A stretch of DNA of 58,124 nucleotides from NCBI GenBank assembly GCA_002269645.1, contig NIVC01004146.1, positions 1 to 58,124 on the forward strand, written 5' to 3'. Below, in pieces: positions 31,185 through 43,016 of this stretch. Made by a program: the position numbers and the translations under genes. Positions within the stretch are counted from its first letter, which is position 1. Each line of letters starts with the position of its first letter. The stretch comes from Macrostomum lignano (Eukaryota). Below the pieces are notes generated by a model. That model was not told the origin of the DNA, did not search any database, and was given only the letters and a program-made list of their open reading frames with translations.

Positions 31185-32570
31185 TCAGATAGGAACCAGC
31201 GGGTGTTAGATAGGTAATAGGGGTGTCAGATAGTTAATAGGGGCGGCAGATAGGAACCAGCGGGTGTCAGAAAGGTAATAGAGGATGTCAGATAGGTAAT
31301 TGGGGTGTCAGATGGGTTATAGGGTTGTCAGATAGGAACCAGCAGGTGTCAGATAGGTAATTGGGTTGTCAGATAGGAACCAGCAGGTGTCAGATAGGTA
31401 ATTGGGTTGTCAGATAGGAACCAGCAGGTGTCAGATAGGTAATTGGGTTGTCAGATAGGAACCATCGGGTGTCAGATAGGTAATTGGGTTGTCAGATAGG
31501 AACCATCGGGTGTCAGATAGGTAATTGGGTTGTCAGATAGGAACCAGCAGGTGTCAGACAGGTAATAGGGGTGTCAGATGGGTTATAGGGTTGTCAGATA
31601 GGAACGAGCGGGTGTCAGATAGGTAATTGGGGTGTCAGATAGGAACCAGCGGGTGTCAGACAGGTAATAGGGGTGTCAGATGGGTTATAGGGTTGTCAGA
31701 TAGGAACGAGCGGGTGTCAGATAGGTAATTGGGGTGTCAGGAACCATCGGGTGTCAGAGAGGTAATAGGGGTGTCAGATGGGTTATAGGGTTGTCAGATA
31801 GGAACCAGCAGGTGTCAGATAGGTAATTGGGTTGTCAGATAGGAACCATCGGGTGTCAGATAGGTAATTGGGTTGTCAGATAGGAACCATCGGGTGTCAG
31901 ATAGGTAATTGGGTTGTCAGATAGGAACCAGCAGGTGTCAGATAGGTAATTGGGTTGTCAGATAGGAACCAGCAGGTGTCAGATAGGTAATTGGGTTGTC
32001 AGATAGGAACCATCGGGTGTCAGATAGGTAATTGGGTTGTCAGATAGGAACCATCGGGTGTCAGATAGGTAATTGGGTTGTCAGATAGGAACCATTGGGT
32101 GTCAGATAGGTAATTGGGTTGTCAGATAGGAACCAGCAGGTGTCAGATAGGTAATTGGGTTGTCAGATAGGAACCAGCAGGTGTCAGATAGGTAATTGGG
32201 TTGTCAGATAGGAACCAGCAGGTGTCAGATAGGTAATTGGGTTGTCAGATAGGAACCAGCGGGTGTCAGACAAGTAATAGGGGTGTCAGATGGGTTATAG
32301 GGTTGTCAGATAGGAACGAGCGGGTGTCAGATAGGTAATTGGGGTGTCAGGAACCATCGGGTGTCAGAGAGGTAATAGGGGTGTCAGATGGGTTATAGGG
32401 TTGTCAGATAGGAACCAGCAGGTGTCAGATAGGTAATTGGGGTGTCAGATAGGAACCATCGGGTGTCAGAGAGGTAATAGGGGTGTCAGATGGGTTATAG
32501 GGTTGTCAGATAGGAACCAGCGGGTGTCAGATAGGTAATTGGGTTGTCAGATAGGAACCAGCGTGTGTCA
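31185..32570. repeat. 20/21-bp minisatellite forming a 41-bp dimer (AGGAACCAGCAGGTGTCAGAT / AGGTAATTGGGTTGTCAGAT), downstream of ARPC5
   Basis: Alternating tandem units. Confidence 0.96.
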
Positions 32571-32734
32571 GTGTAGGCATATTCACTGTCATATGCTAAT
32601 TTGGTCCCTCATACTACAAGCAGATAATGAAATAACTCAAAAGAAATACTAGTTGAACTATCAATAAAACCAGCGCACTCCAAAGGACACACAGTGGTTA
32701 AATAGTCAGTGGGGTAGCTCGCAGCCAGCCCCAG

Positions 32735-34125
32735 CTACACTCGCTTCCTGTCAGTGAGCGCCCGTACAACGCAGCCAATCTGACCCTTAGCCACCGCCTT
32801 CTCGTGCCAAGTCAACAGGTGCGCGTGATTGTCCTGGATGACCTCGAAGCCGCGATAGATGTACTTCATCAGGGGGTCCAGTAGGGGCTCCGGCAGAGCG
32901 GCGATGCAGCTTTCAATGCCATTGGCGCCGCGAACGTGCATCAGGACTCGGAGCACCTGCGAGGGATGATGTGAGATGTGAAAGCCTTAATTAAGGAAGA
33001 ACTCATACAAACATTCAAGACGGGTGCGAATTCAAGAGGGGAGAATCACCTGATTGGGCATTAGGAATCACCTCAAGGGGCACAGAGAATTACCTAAAGG
33101 GGCACTGAGAACACCTGAAGGGGCACTGAGAATCACCTGAAGGGGCACTGAGAATTACCTAAAGGGGCACTGAGATCACCTGAAGGGGCACTGAGAATCA
33201 CCTGAAGGGGCACTGAGAATCACCTGAAGGGGCACTGAGAATCACCTGAAGGGGCACTGATAATCAGCTGAAGGGGCACTGAGATCACCTGAAGGGGCAC
33301 TGAGAATCACCTGAAGGGGCACTGAGAATCACCTAAAGGGGCACTGAGAATCACCTGAAGGGGCACTGAGAATCACCTGAAGGGGCACTGAGATCACCTG
33401 AAGGGGCACTGAGAATCACCTGAAGGGGCACTGAGAATCACCTGAAGGGGCACTGAGAATCACCTGAAGGGGCACTGAGAATCACCTGAAGGGGCACTGA
33501 GAATCACCTGAAGGGGCACTGAGAATCACCTGAAGGGGCACTGAGAATCACCTGAAGGGGCACTGAGAATCACCTGAAGGGGCACTGAGAATCACCTGAA
33601 GGGGCACTGAGAATCACCTGAAGGGGCACTGAGAATCACCTGAAGGGGCACTGAGAATCACCTGAAGGGGCACTGAGAATCACCTGAAGGGGCACTGAGA
33701 ATCACCTGAAGGGGCACTGAGAATCACCTGAAGGGGCACTGAGAATCACCTGAAGGGGCACTGAGAATCACCTGAAGGGGCACTGAGAATCACCTGAAGG
33801 GGCACTGAGAATCACCTGAAGGGGCACTGAGATCACCTGAAGGGGCACTGAGAATCAGCAATAATCCAACAACGCCAACCTGTCCCAATGCCTGATCTTT
33901 CACAGCCTGACTCCTAGCATTCACAGGCGCCTTAGCCAGCAGTGCAGCCAGAGCCGCTGTGGCCTCATTGGAAGCCAGCAAGTCGGCCAGTTCAGCATCC
34001 GACATCGCTAGGGACACAGCGTCATCCAGTTCAGCGGCGTCGGCTGCTGCGAAGCCACCATCGTCGCCAGTGTACTGGTCAACATCGACGCGACGGAAAT
34101 TAGCATCTCGAGAGCGATTTGTCAT
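32735..34125 (-). CDS. ARPC5: Arp2/3 complex subunit 5 (p16-Arc), 155 aa, two exons
   Basis: Exons 34125-33880 and 32956-32735, phase 0. FRRVDVDQY, PVNARSQAVKD, LMKYIYRGFE, LLTWHEKA, IGCVVRALTDRKRV all match ARPC5. Confidence 0.96.
33045..33857. repeat. 22-bp minisatellite (GGGCACTGAGAATCACCTGAAG)x~36 filling the ARPC5 intron
   Basis: Homogeneous array; 15 of the first 16 bases match the 8727/13408 family unit. Confidence 0.98.
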
Positions 34126-36148
34126 GATTTATGATGCTGATTATTCTTGCTATGAAAATTGTCAATTAGTGTCAGCATGCAGCAAAATGTTAAAACCAAA
34201 GCTGAATTATATTTATGCTTTTTTAAATCACTAACATGTACTTTTAAGTAACAAGTCATCAGGCCAACCAAAGTTTGCTTGCTAGTTTGCTAGCGAGGAT
34301 TTTGCTAGCCGAAATCTGCTAGCGAGAATCCGACCAAAACCGGCAAGCAGCAATTTGGCTAGCCGAACTCAGGAAGTTGTAATTAGCTAGAGACAATTTG
34401 CTTAGTCAAGTTTCGCAAGAATTTCACTAAGTCCTCGATAGCGTCGCTCCACTTTTACCTTTACCAATCCTCTTCAAATTGGACACAATCAGTTTTCAAC
34501 TATTTTGACACAATCGTGTATAAAGTTCCGAATCTCGAAGTTAATTCTGAAAGGCACTGTGTACTTTTAAAGTTAGTCTGCTTTTCGTCAACGAGACAGC
34601 CACCCCAACCTCTGCCTCTCTCCTTCCTGCTCACTGGACAGATGTGTGAAAGGGATCTTTTTTTGACACTGGTTGCAAGAAGTTCGGTCAGCAAATTTAC
34701 AAATGCTAGCAAATCTTGTATTCCACATCAGGTTAGATATAATTATGATTTACAATAGGTACCTTAAATATTTCATATACAATCTGAGTTGTTATTTACC
34801 TTTCCACTTTGCTGTTTTTCATTTAATGAATTGGTTTTTAATACTTTGTCAGGCTAGCATTTTGTTACTAACAAATTGTTAGTTTTGTTAAAAATCCTCC
34901 TTTTACCTGATTATAGACTAGATAAAGTTAATTTTAAAGACATTGAAAGCAAATATTTGCCCTATAAAATTTCTATAAGCTTTAGTAAATTTAGTAATTT
35001 AGTAAAAAATGTTATTTAATAAAGCCTTACATATGGTAGTTATGATATGGATTTCAAGACATTCTTTAGTTTAATTATAAGGCTATGGGGCTTAATTTTA
35101 AAATATTAAATAAAACTCTATTATTAGCCGGAATGTTTTTGCCATTTTTAAAATATATTTTTAGCCTTGGTAACCTAGAAAATGATTCTTGTTCTAGTAA
35201 TCATTAGGTCTTAGGACTAGAAGGTATAATTGGAGTTTGGTAAGTAGTAGGTCTAAGTTAAGATTTAAAATTAAAATTAAAACAATTTCTATTCAAAGCT
35301 GGAGGGGCAATTTATTATCTATATTTTATGAAACCTCTATAGATAATATATTTTGTACAATATATAAAGTGGCATAGTACTATTTCATATTTCATAATAG
35401 AATTATAAAAGGCCAATATTTATATATTTATTTATTACAATAAGGGATAATTTAGAATGCTAAATTTTTAAGTTATAATATTCACAAAATACCAAATCTC
35501 TAAGGTCTGCCTGACTAGTATTTCAGTTTATATCCTAAATGCATAAACCATTTACTAAAAATGGTCTATTGGTGGATATTTATCTAGGTATCTAGGTATA
35601 TGATTGATTTTAACAAAAATGGCTTAACCAATTTCTTTCCAACTTGCATTGTTTGATCAGAAATCATATTCTAAAAGTAGATCTTTAACATAATTTTGGA
35701 TTATAGCAGTAGCTAGTATTCTGCCATAGCCGTAGCTACAGATATGCCTATGGTAGCTAGCTGCTCTTACAGCTATAACTATAGAAATATGGTAGTTGCT
35801 ATCATATTCTATAGATTCCTACAGCTATAGAACTAATAATTTTAATTTTTTTAAATTGAAAAAATATTAGAAACAGGTAGAATAAAAAATACTTTAGTAA
35901 ACTATATTGTCAACTTAGAAATTTATAAAATAAATACTTAAAAAGTACAGTAAAACACTAGCAAACTCTAATTTTCTAACTCTAGTATTGTTGCTCTAAA
36001 AAAGACAAAATATAATCTTACAAAGGTAATTGAGTGTTTCTTTTATTTTTTAACTTAATTTGCAGTTTTTTAGGCACTAGGTTATCTTTTTGATTCAAAA
36101 TATTTTGTTTTTTTAAGACTTTTTGTTAAAACTATGGCTACTATACAT

Positions 36149-36302
36149 GCACAACCTTGGGAATCACCTGGCCATTTCTATTGGCAACACACACATGTAA
36201 GTTGCTATTGGCTGAGAGCAGTCACATGACTACTATTCTGTCCAATAACAACATACATTTGTGTTGCCAATAGAAATGGCCGGGTGATTCCCAAGGTTGC
36301 GC
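36149..36302. repeat. ~154-bp palindromic (MITE-like) element
   Basis: GCACAACCTTGGGAATCACCTGGCCATTTCTATTGGCAACACA is inverted at the other end with two mismatches; the centre is AGTCACATGACT. Confidence 0.85.
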
Positions 36303-37347
36303 CCAAGCATGATGGCTATGGCTATGAGAACTATAGGAATATGTTAATATTGGGGTCCTTACAAATATGGAATATGGAAATTGGAATAAGCCATAGTTTT
36401 GCCTATGGCTATGGCTATATTACATGGACCCTCCTTATAACAGAACACTAGCAATAGCTAAGAATAACATATAAATGATTTATACATAGTATATAAATTG
36501 TCCCTAAAATTTATTCTAGTATATACTCATCACCTTCTTAACTATAAAAACCATAGGGGCCTATAAAGAAGATCAAACTAAATTAGTCAATTTTCTATAT
36601 ATTAATATTAGGAAAAGCCTGAAAAGGTTAGGCCTAAAAATAAGGCCCAATCAAAAAAACGTTTTCAGTATTTATACTAAACTTTTATATAACATTTATA
36701 GAATAATAGGCACTTAGTATCAAAAAGTTAGCTAAATGATCTAGCTATAAGGCTAGATCATTTAGCGCTATCAAGTCAGATATTATCAAATGTATTAAGG
36801 GCCTATTTAGAATTAGTATAATTTTTTTTAAATTGTTGATTTTTAGCAATAAGTTATTTTATAAAGTTAGTCTTTGTTAAATTTCTATATGAAACATCAG
36901 TAAAAGTATATAAGTAATAGGAACATTAGAAACCTTTGTACAACTTTTAGTGGCAAAAAATGAGATTTAAAGAGAGAAGTTTGACCTTTATATCAACTTT
37001 GTAATAGCATTCTAAAAGGTAGAAGTAACCCCTAGCCTAAGACAACATTGGTGCCTAACTGGTGGGATTTCTTGTAATATAAGAAAGAGGCCTGCATCAC
37101 TATTACTTGACTCAAGTCTCAACTTGAGGCATATATCATATCTAGGAAACATATTTTACTAGTTTAATTAATATGCCATTAATCTATTATAATATGTGCC
37201 TTTAACTGTATTGGGTATATATAATAAGGTTTTAGGCATAGTTCTAGTTTACTCTGTTATATTATTTCATAATTCTACTTTACTTCGTTATATTATTTTG
37301 ATGTTTTTTCTTGCATCTGTACTCTTACTACAACCCTTTCAGTCATT

Positions 37348-38318
37348 ATGACTGGTCGCCCAGCTGCACCAACAGTTATTTGTCCTGCAAATGAAATTGT
37401 TAATGCTGCCGAGCTTTTAAACTATATACTAAAAGAAACTTCGGAATTTGCGAGATGGTGTAAGCTAGTCAGGATGACTTCACCACCATCAAGTGGCTTG
37501 CGAAGCATCACCTGATTTCCAACTAGGTGAGATGCACTCAATGTGACATAGACATGCGTCTGCAATGTAGACAGGGAAGCATGTTTGTTGACGGCTATGC
37601 CTGGGCTTGCCGCAAATGTTGGGTGCAGCACTCCGTCATACGCGGATCGTTTTTTGCCAATTCGCACCTCCGACTGGCCCAGGTGTTGGAGTTCACATAC
37701 TACTGGGCTTTGGAGATGTTGCTGCAGGAGGCCTGCAAGCAGGTCAATGTTGCGCGCCAGACAGCCATGGACTGGCACCAATTCTTGCATGACATCTGCC
37801 AATAGTACCTGCTCGACCACCCAATAGAGCTTGGCAAACCTGGACGCACGGTGGAAGTGGATAAGTCAAAATTTATGCACCGTAAATACCACCAGGGTGC
37901 TTGGCACAAGGGCCATTGGGTACTTGTGAAACCAATTGGTGAAACCAATGCTGCCATGATGGTTGTTATACCTGATTGCGCTGCAGGGACGCTGCTGCCA
38001 ATTATCCAATGCCACATGCTACCAGGGACCCATATTATCACCGACAGCTGGCTGGCCTATGCCAGGCTCTAGAATCACGCGGTGATAAACCACCGTCTAC
38101 ACTTCATGGATCCGGCTGACCCAATGGTGCACACAAACTGCATCGAGGGGACATGGGCCCTGGCCAAGAGGTGCCTGCGCGCCATGCATGGAATGAGCAA
38201 TGCACTTTTTGAGGCCTATCTCGAGGAGTAGGCCTACATCTGGCGCCGCCGCTGCATGTACCCTAACAACCCCTTCGGCGCTGTGCTGTACTGGGCCTTT
38301 GTTTATTATCCTGTTTAG
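37348..38318 (+). mobile_element. Decayed Merlin/ISXO2 (IS1595-like) DDE transposase pseudogene
   Basis: Zn-ribbon C..C..DGYAWAC..C, RGSFFANSHL, GRTVEVDKSKF..RKYH.G, GTLLPII..HMLPGTHIITDSW, NH..HFMDP..VHTNCIEG.W. Four TAG stops and one frameshift. TIRs not found. Confidence 0.88.
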
Positions 38319-40699
38319 GACTTGACTTGACCTTAAACCTGAAATTGATAGAAAAATGGGGTTAAATAATTTAACGAAAAACATAATAATATAACAAAGT
38401 AAACTAGAACTATGCCAGGTTTTATAAACTAGTATAAAAATAGTTGACCATAGCATAGCAATTGTTCTACCCAATGACAAATGTATATAATTTGCTATTT
38501 AGGCCCTATGATCACATATGGCTATGGCCTAGGCCTAATAACCAGTCATTTTAGCAAAATAATATTTGCAAAAAAATTTTGGCAAAAGGGAATTTTGGAA
38601 ATCAATGTTTTGGCAAAGAGCTTTTGTTTTGCCTTTTCTTTATATATTTAAATATTTCTGTAGCAATGAACTCAATAATAAAATAGCTATAAGATTTGGG
38701 CGTCAGTTTTGAATAAAAAATTAAAATGTGTTAAAGATTCTAGTAAAAAATTTTAGTGCAATAGTACTTATAATTATATAAGACAGAAGAGTTAGCTTTT
38801 CAATTCTTTCTTTAATCTTGATGTAGTACTGACTCTGAAGTGCAGTCATGCACATATAGACTTTACGCATGTCATGACTCACATACACAATGCAGTATTA
38901 ATTCCATTAGTGTAATTTTAAGTTTGAACCTTTTTTTCTTTTTTAGAAACCATAATGATTTTTATTAATGGATTGCAATAAAGCAACATAAACTAACGGT
39001 AAAACTATATTTATTTTAAAATTGTTAAACCCTTTGAAATTGTTTAAGCTTTTCTTTAATAAATCCTAACTTTTTTGTCTTACCATAAAAATTTTTCTAA
39101 AAATTCCGGTATGAAAAAGACGGATGCATGCAAATTCGCTTGTAGCGCTTGGAGTGCCTCTATAGCGCTAAAAGGAGTGCCTGTGGCGCCAAAATGATCG
39201 GTGCTTGCGGCGCCAAAATGAGTGTCTGCGGCGTTAAATATGTGCCTGGAGAGCTAAAAATGAGCGCTGACAACACCGATTCTCAAAATAATGGACTATA
39301 AGAGTTAGAAATCTGAAGTTTTTACCCTGGTAGAAATTTATGAAATGCCCCGGCGAAGTGAAGGGCGCGAGGCAGAAAAGCACAATGGAACCCCCCAGAT
39401 AGCTATTAGAAGGGCAAACCGAAGCAGCATTAAGACAATTGACCAACTGTCAAGTCGGATATGAATGACCGAATCTCAAATAAAACCTCTTTCCATTTCA
39501 GTGAGTAGCAAATTAACACCCGCTGCAGGCACAAAGGCGCTCAAACCGGTCGGGATCTAAGCAAACCGAAAGAGGCCCGACTTAGGCAGCAAACGAATTC
39601 AAAAAGAGCAATAGGCCCGTGGCACGCGTCAGAACCTGGCAAACTTTGGAGGATCGGGAGAACGCACTGCCCGGCCCACGGACTTCTAGCAACCTACTAG
39701 AACTAACTAAATTTGTGTACAACTGGGGACTGAGTCTTGCAGATTTTTATTGCTTAAAACATCCAACCGTTGCTAACCACGCGAAGACACCCCACCGCGG
39801 CGGTGGGGGAGGTCAAAAATGCCAACCTGTATAAAATAGCTAGACGCTCATCTTAAACTTGGAGCGGCGCTGCGCTAATTTTTCCTCCCCAAGCGCGATT
39901 TCAGGTTTTAGAGCTCTACATAATTAGAGACCTGCAGCATGCACTTGTGCTGGTCTCTGAATTATCCAGTTGGCTCAAATCTAAGTCTTACTTGTTATAC
40001 TGTCTGTCTTATTTGTCTTAGTTATTATTTGTCTTGAAAGCTACGCAGAGCGAAATATTCGTGCGATCTAATTCAGCCTACATGTAGATACTAGGAGATC
40101 CCGTCAGTTTATACGGTTTTCTCTGATTGCCTGATAGAAGAATTAGAGAGCTGTAAGAACTTTAGACCGCTAGACACACATCATAGAAAGTGAGAACACA
40201 AAGGATAAGGCGCCAGAGAATAACGCGTACATGGACATTTAGGAATTTTGTAGTGTTCATGTACATGTTGAATTCTTGGCTTTGTCTAATTCCCCCCATA
40301 AAATCCATGGCGACGCCCCTGTTTGAATCTTATTGATTCTTTCAGATTTTAAAATAAATTCCACAAACTCTATAAAAGCTATTATTAGGTCTAGTCAAAA
40401 GATAAAGTTATCGAAATGCTACGCATTCATTGAACACAGCTACGCGTAGAAGATCCGTCTCATAACGATTTAGCTGTCATTATGAAAGTCATTCAGTCAT
40501 TTTGTCCGCAGTCAAATTGTGACAGTCAAATTGTGGAATCAATTGTCGTGCACCCTTGATTGGGTTCATTTGACAATTAATTTCGTCGAACAATATAGTT
40601 TTAGTTTTATCCCATCTAGATCGCACCCACACAGCGGATTCTAAACATGATCGAACCCATGCCAATGAAGTACATGTACGTACGATCCGTCACTCATCC

Positions 40700-41275
40700 T
40701 ACGCGACACTCACCCTTCTGCGCTACTCACCCTCAGTCTGCACGCTCCCGCGCCATTCACCCTTCCGCGACACTCACCCTCCCGCGACACTCACCTTTCC
40801 GCGACATTCACTCTCCCGCGACATTCACCCTCCCGCGACACTCACCCTCCCGCGACACTCACCCTTCCGCGACACTCACCCTTCCGCGACACTCACCCTT
40901 CCGCGACACTCACCTTCCCGCGACACTCACCCTTCCGCGACACTCACTCTTCCGCGACACTCACCCTTCCGCGACACTCACCCTTCCGCGACACTCACCT
41001 TTCCGCGACATTCACTCTCCCGCGACATTCACCCTCCCGCGACACTCACCCTCCCGCGACACTCACCTTCCCGCGACACTCACCCTCCCGCGACACTCAC
41101 CCTCCCGCGACACTCACCTTCCCGCGACACCCACCCTCCCGCGACACTCACCCTCCCGCGACACTCACCTTCCCGCGACACTCACCCTCCCGCGACACTC
41201 ACCTTCCCGCGACACTCACCTTCCCGCGACACTCACCCTTCCGCGACACTCACCCTCCCGCGACTTTCACCCTTC
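40700..41275. repeat. 17-bp CpG-rich minisatellite (ACCCTTCCGCGACACTC)x~33
   Basis: Tandem periodicity. Confidence 0.96.
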
Positions 41276-41301
41276 CGTGACACGATTCTAGTAAACTTCA
41301 C

Positions 41302-41560
41302 CTAAGGAGTTGCTAGTTGTTCGTCCGATACACGAAACTGCGGCCGCTTCCGCCGCCGACTTCGTAGTCCAGAGAGGTCGAGCCGCCCGTCTGGCCCACA
41401 ACGATGTACAGTTGGGTGTCGGCTGTCAGCTAGGTTGACTCTGGCGCTCACCTGGGCTCCTGGGCCACCTGTGGTGCTCGTCAAGGTGTTGCTGCCTCCT
41501 CTGGCTCCGGCAGCCTCAATCAGGTAGCAGCCGCTTGAAGCAATCAGGATGGCTTTGATT
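41302..41560 (-). pseudogene. Disrupted exon of an ALK/LTK-type glycine-rich-domain protein
   Basis: GCYLIEAAGARGGSNTLTSTTGGPGAQVSARVNL, a frameshift at ~41430, then TADTQLYIVVGQTGGSTSLDYEVGGGSGRSFVYRTNN*QLL. Donor GTGAAG at 41301. No following exon found. Confidence 0.65.
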
Positions 41561-42706
41561 GGTCCGTTTCTGCCTCAGCTGCTGTCTGCAATGCAATGGA
41601 ACAGCATTTGGTTCCACTGTTATCAATTAGTTAATCTGTTGATTCAGATTAACGGATGTCGAATGGTGAATGGGTTTGTTTGAGCATTTGTGCTCGACAA
41701 ACAGAAATATCAAATTTATCTGTTTCTTTCTGGTCAGTATATTTAACTTTACCTACGTGGAGGTGAAGAATGCAGCTTGCCGCTATCTGATTTTCAGTTT
41801 CGAAAGTTGAGCCAATACATTTAAGAGCGCTACTCGTACATGCTTGTGTACTCAGCAACATTGAAAAGTCGCCACTCCATGTGCCAGTGAGCAATGTATT
41901 ATTATCGAGAGGTCACGCTTCACACACAACTGCCATAGCGTCGAGGTTGAGGCCTTACCGCGTCTCGACCTACCGGCCTCGACGCTATGGCAGTTGTATG
42001 TGAAGCGTGACCTCTCGATAGTGGAATTGTGTCTATTTTCGTCCAAAAACCAATTCAAAACGGCTAGGACACAACTTCCCAGACGGTAATTGTTCACTAA
42101 GTGATTCTAGGGACTTGTGTCATAGGCATTTTCCACTTGGTGCAAGCCAAGTGATGGCCATAGACTAAACATCTGGAACGAAAAGTTAAGCGGAACAGTC
42201 TGAAATTACCATAGACGAAACATGTTAAATGAAGTTGTGGTTTTGAGAAAACACATTAAGGCACACCAGGACACATTGAGGAACTCCCATCGAAATACAC
42301 TAAGACACACCAGTCAGGACACACACGTGGGCACACTAAGCTATCAAGACACATTAAACATGCATCAGTAAGCAGTCGGGACCCGGGATCCACATTGTAG
42401 TGATGTGTGCTCATACAATTTTTATATAGCTAACCAAATACATGTAGTTTGATATTTGATATAAACTACAAGCGTATTATATAAACCACTACAAAATTCA
42501 CTCAATGTTATGTAATTAGTTGATAATTTTCAGCGGCATTAGTACCGTACTTTATTTTAATTTTTGGCGAAAACCTCACTTAAAAGTTCTAAATTTAAAA
42601 GTTCTCACGGTTTATGTAAACTTAAACACTTTGCTAAACCGCTGGGGAGAGTCAGTTTGCTCAGCTAACTAAATATTACGATTATATAGAAAGTGGACTG
42701 GGGGGA

Positions 42707-42754
42707 CTGTGCTCAGAACTTATATATCGTTGAGTATATAAGTTCTGAGCACAG
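42707..42754. other. Perfect 20-bp inverted repeat with an 8-nt loop
   Basis: CTGTGCTCAGAACTTATATA - TCGTTGAG - TATATAAGTTCTGAGCACAG. Confidence 0.9.
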
Positions 42755-43016
42755 ACAGAAGAGCAGGAGGAATCAATATTTGAGCTCTGAAAAAAAGTTT
42801 CCTAAATCTGTAAAAACTTTGAGGCAAAACTGTGTTTCAACTGCATAAGAAGAGTAATTGAACCGTCAGCTTCTCCATCCCTCATGGATTAACCAATCAG
42901 ATAAGAGCGGAATATCTGTGCATCCAGTAACTGCACTGTGAAGCTATAAATCAAGGACTTGTGAGTGGATGCCAAGTTTAACCGCCTAAAAATCTGAGTT
43001 CTAAATAGCTTCAACA

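Noticed and set aside
39061-39084. Possible Merlin right TIR (GGTAAGACAAAA on the minus strand)
   Set aside because: No matching left TIR or 8-9 bp TSD found.
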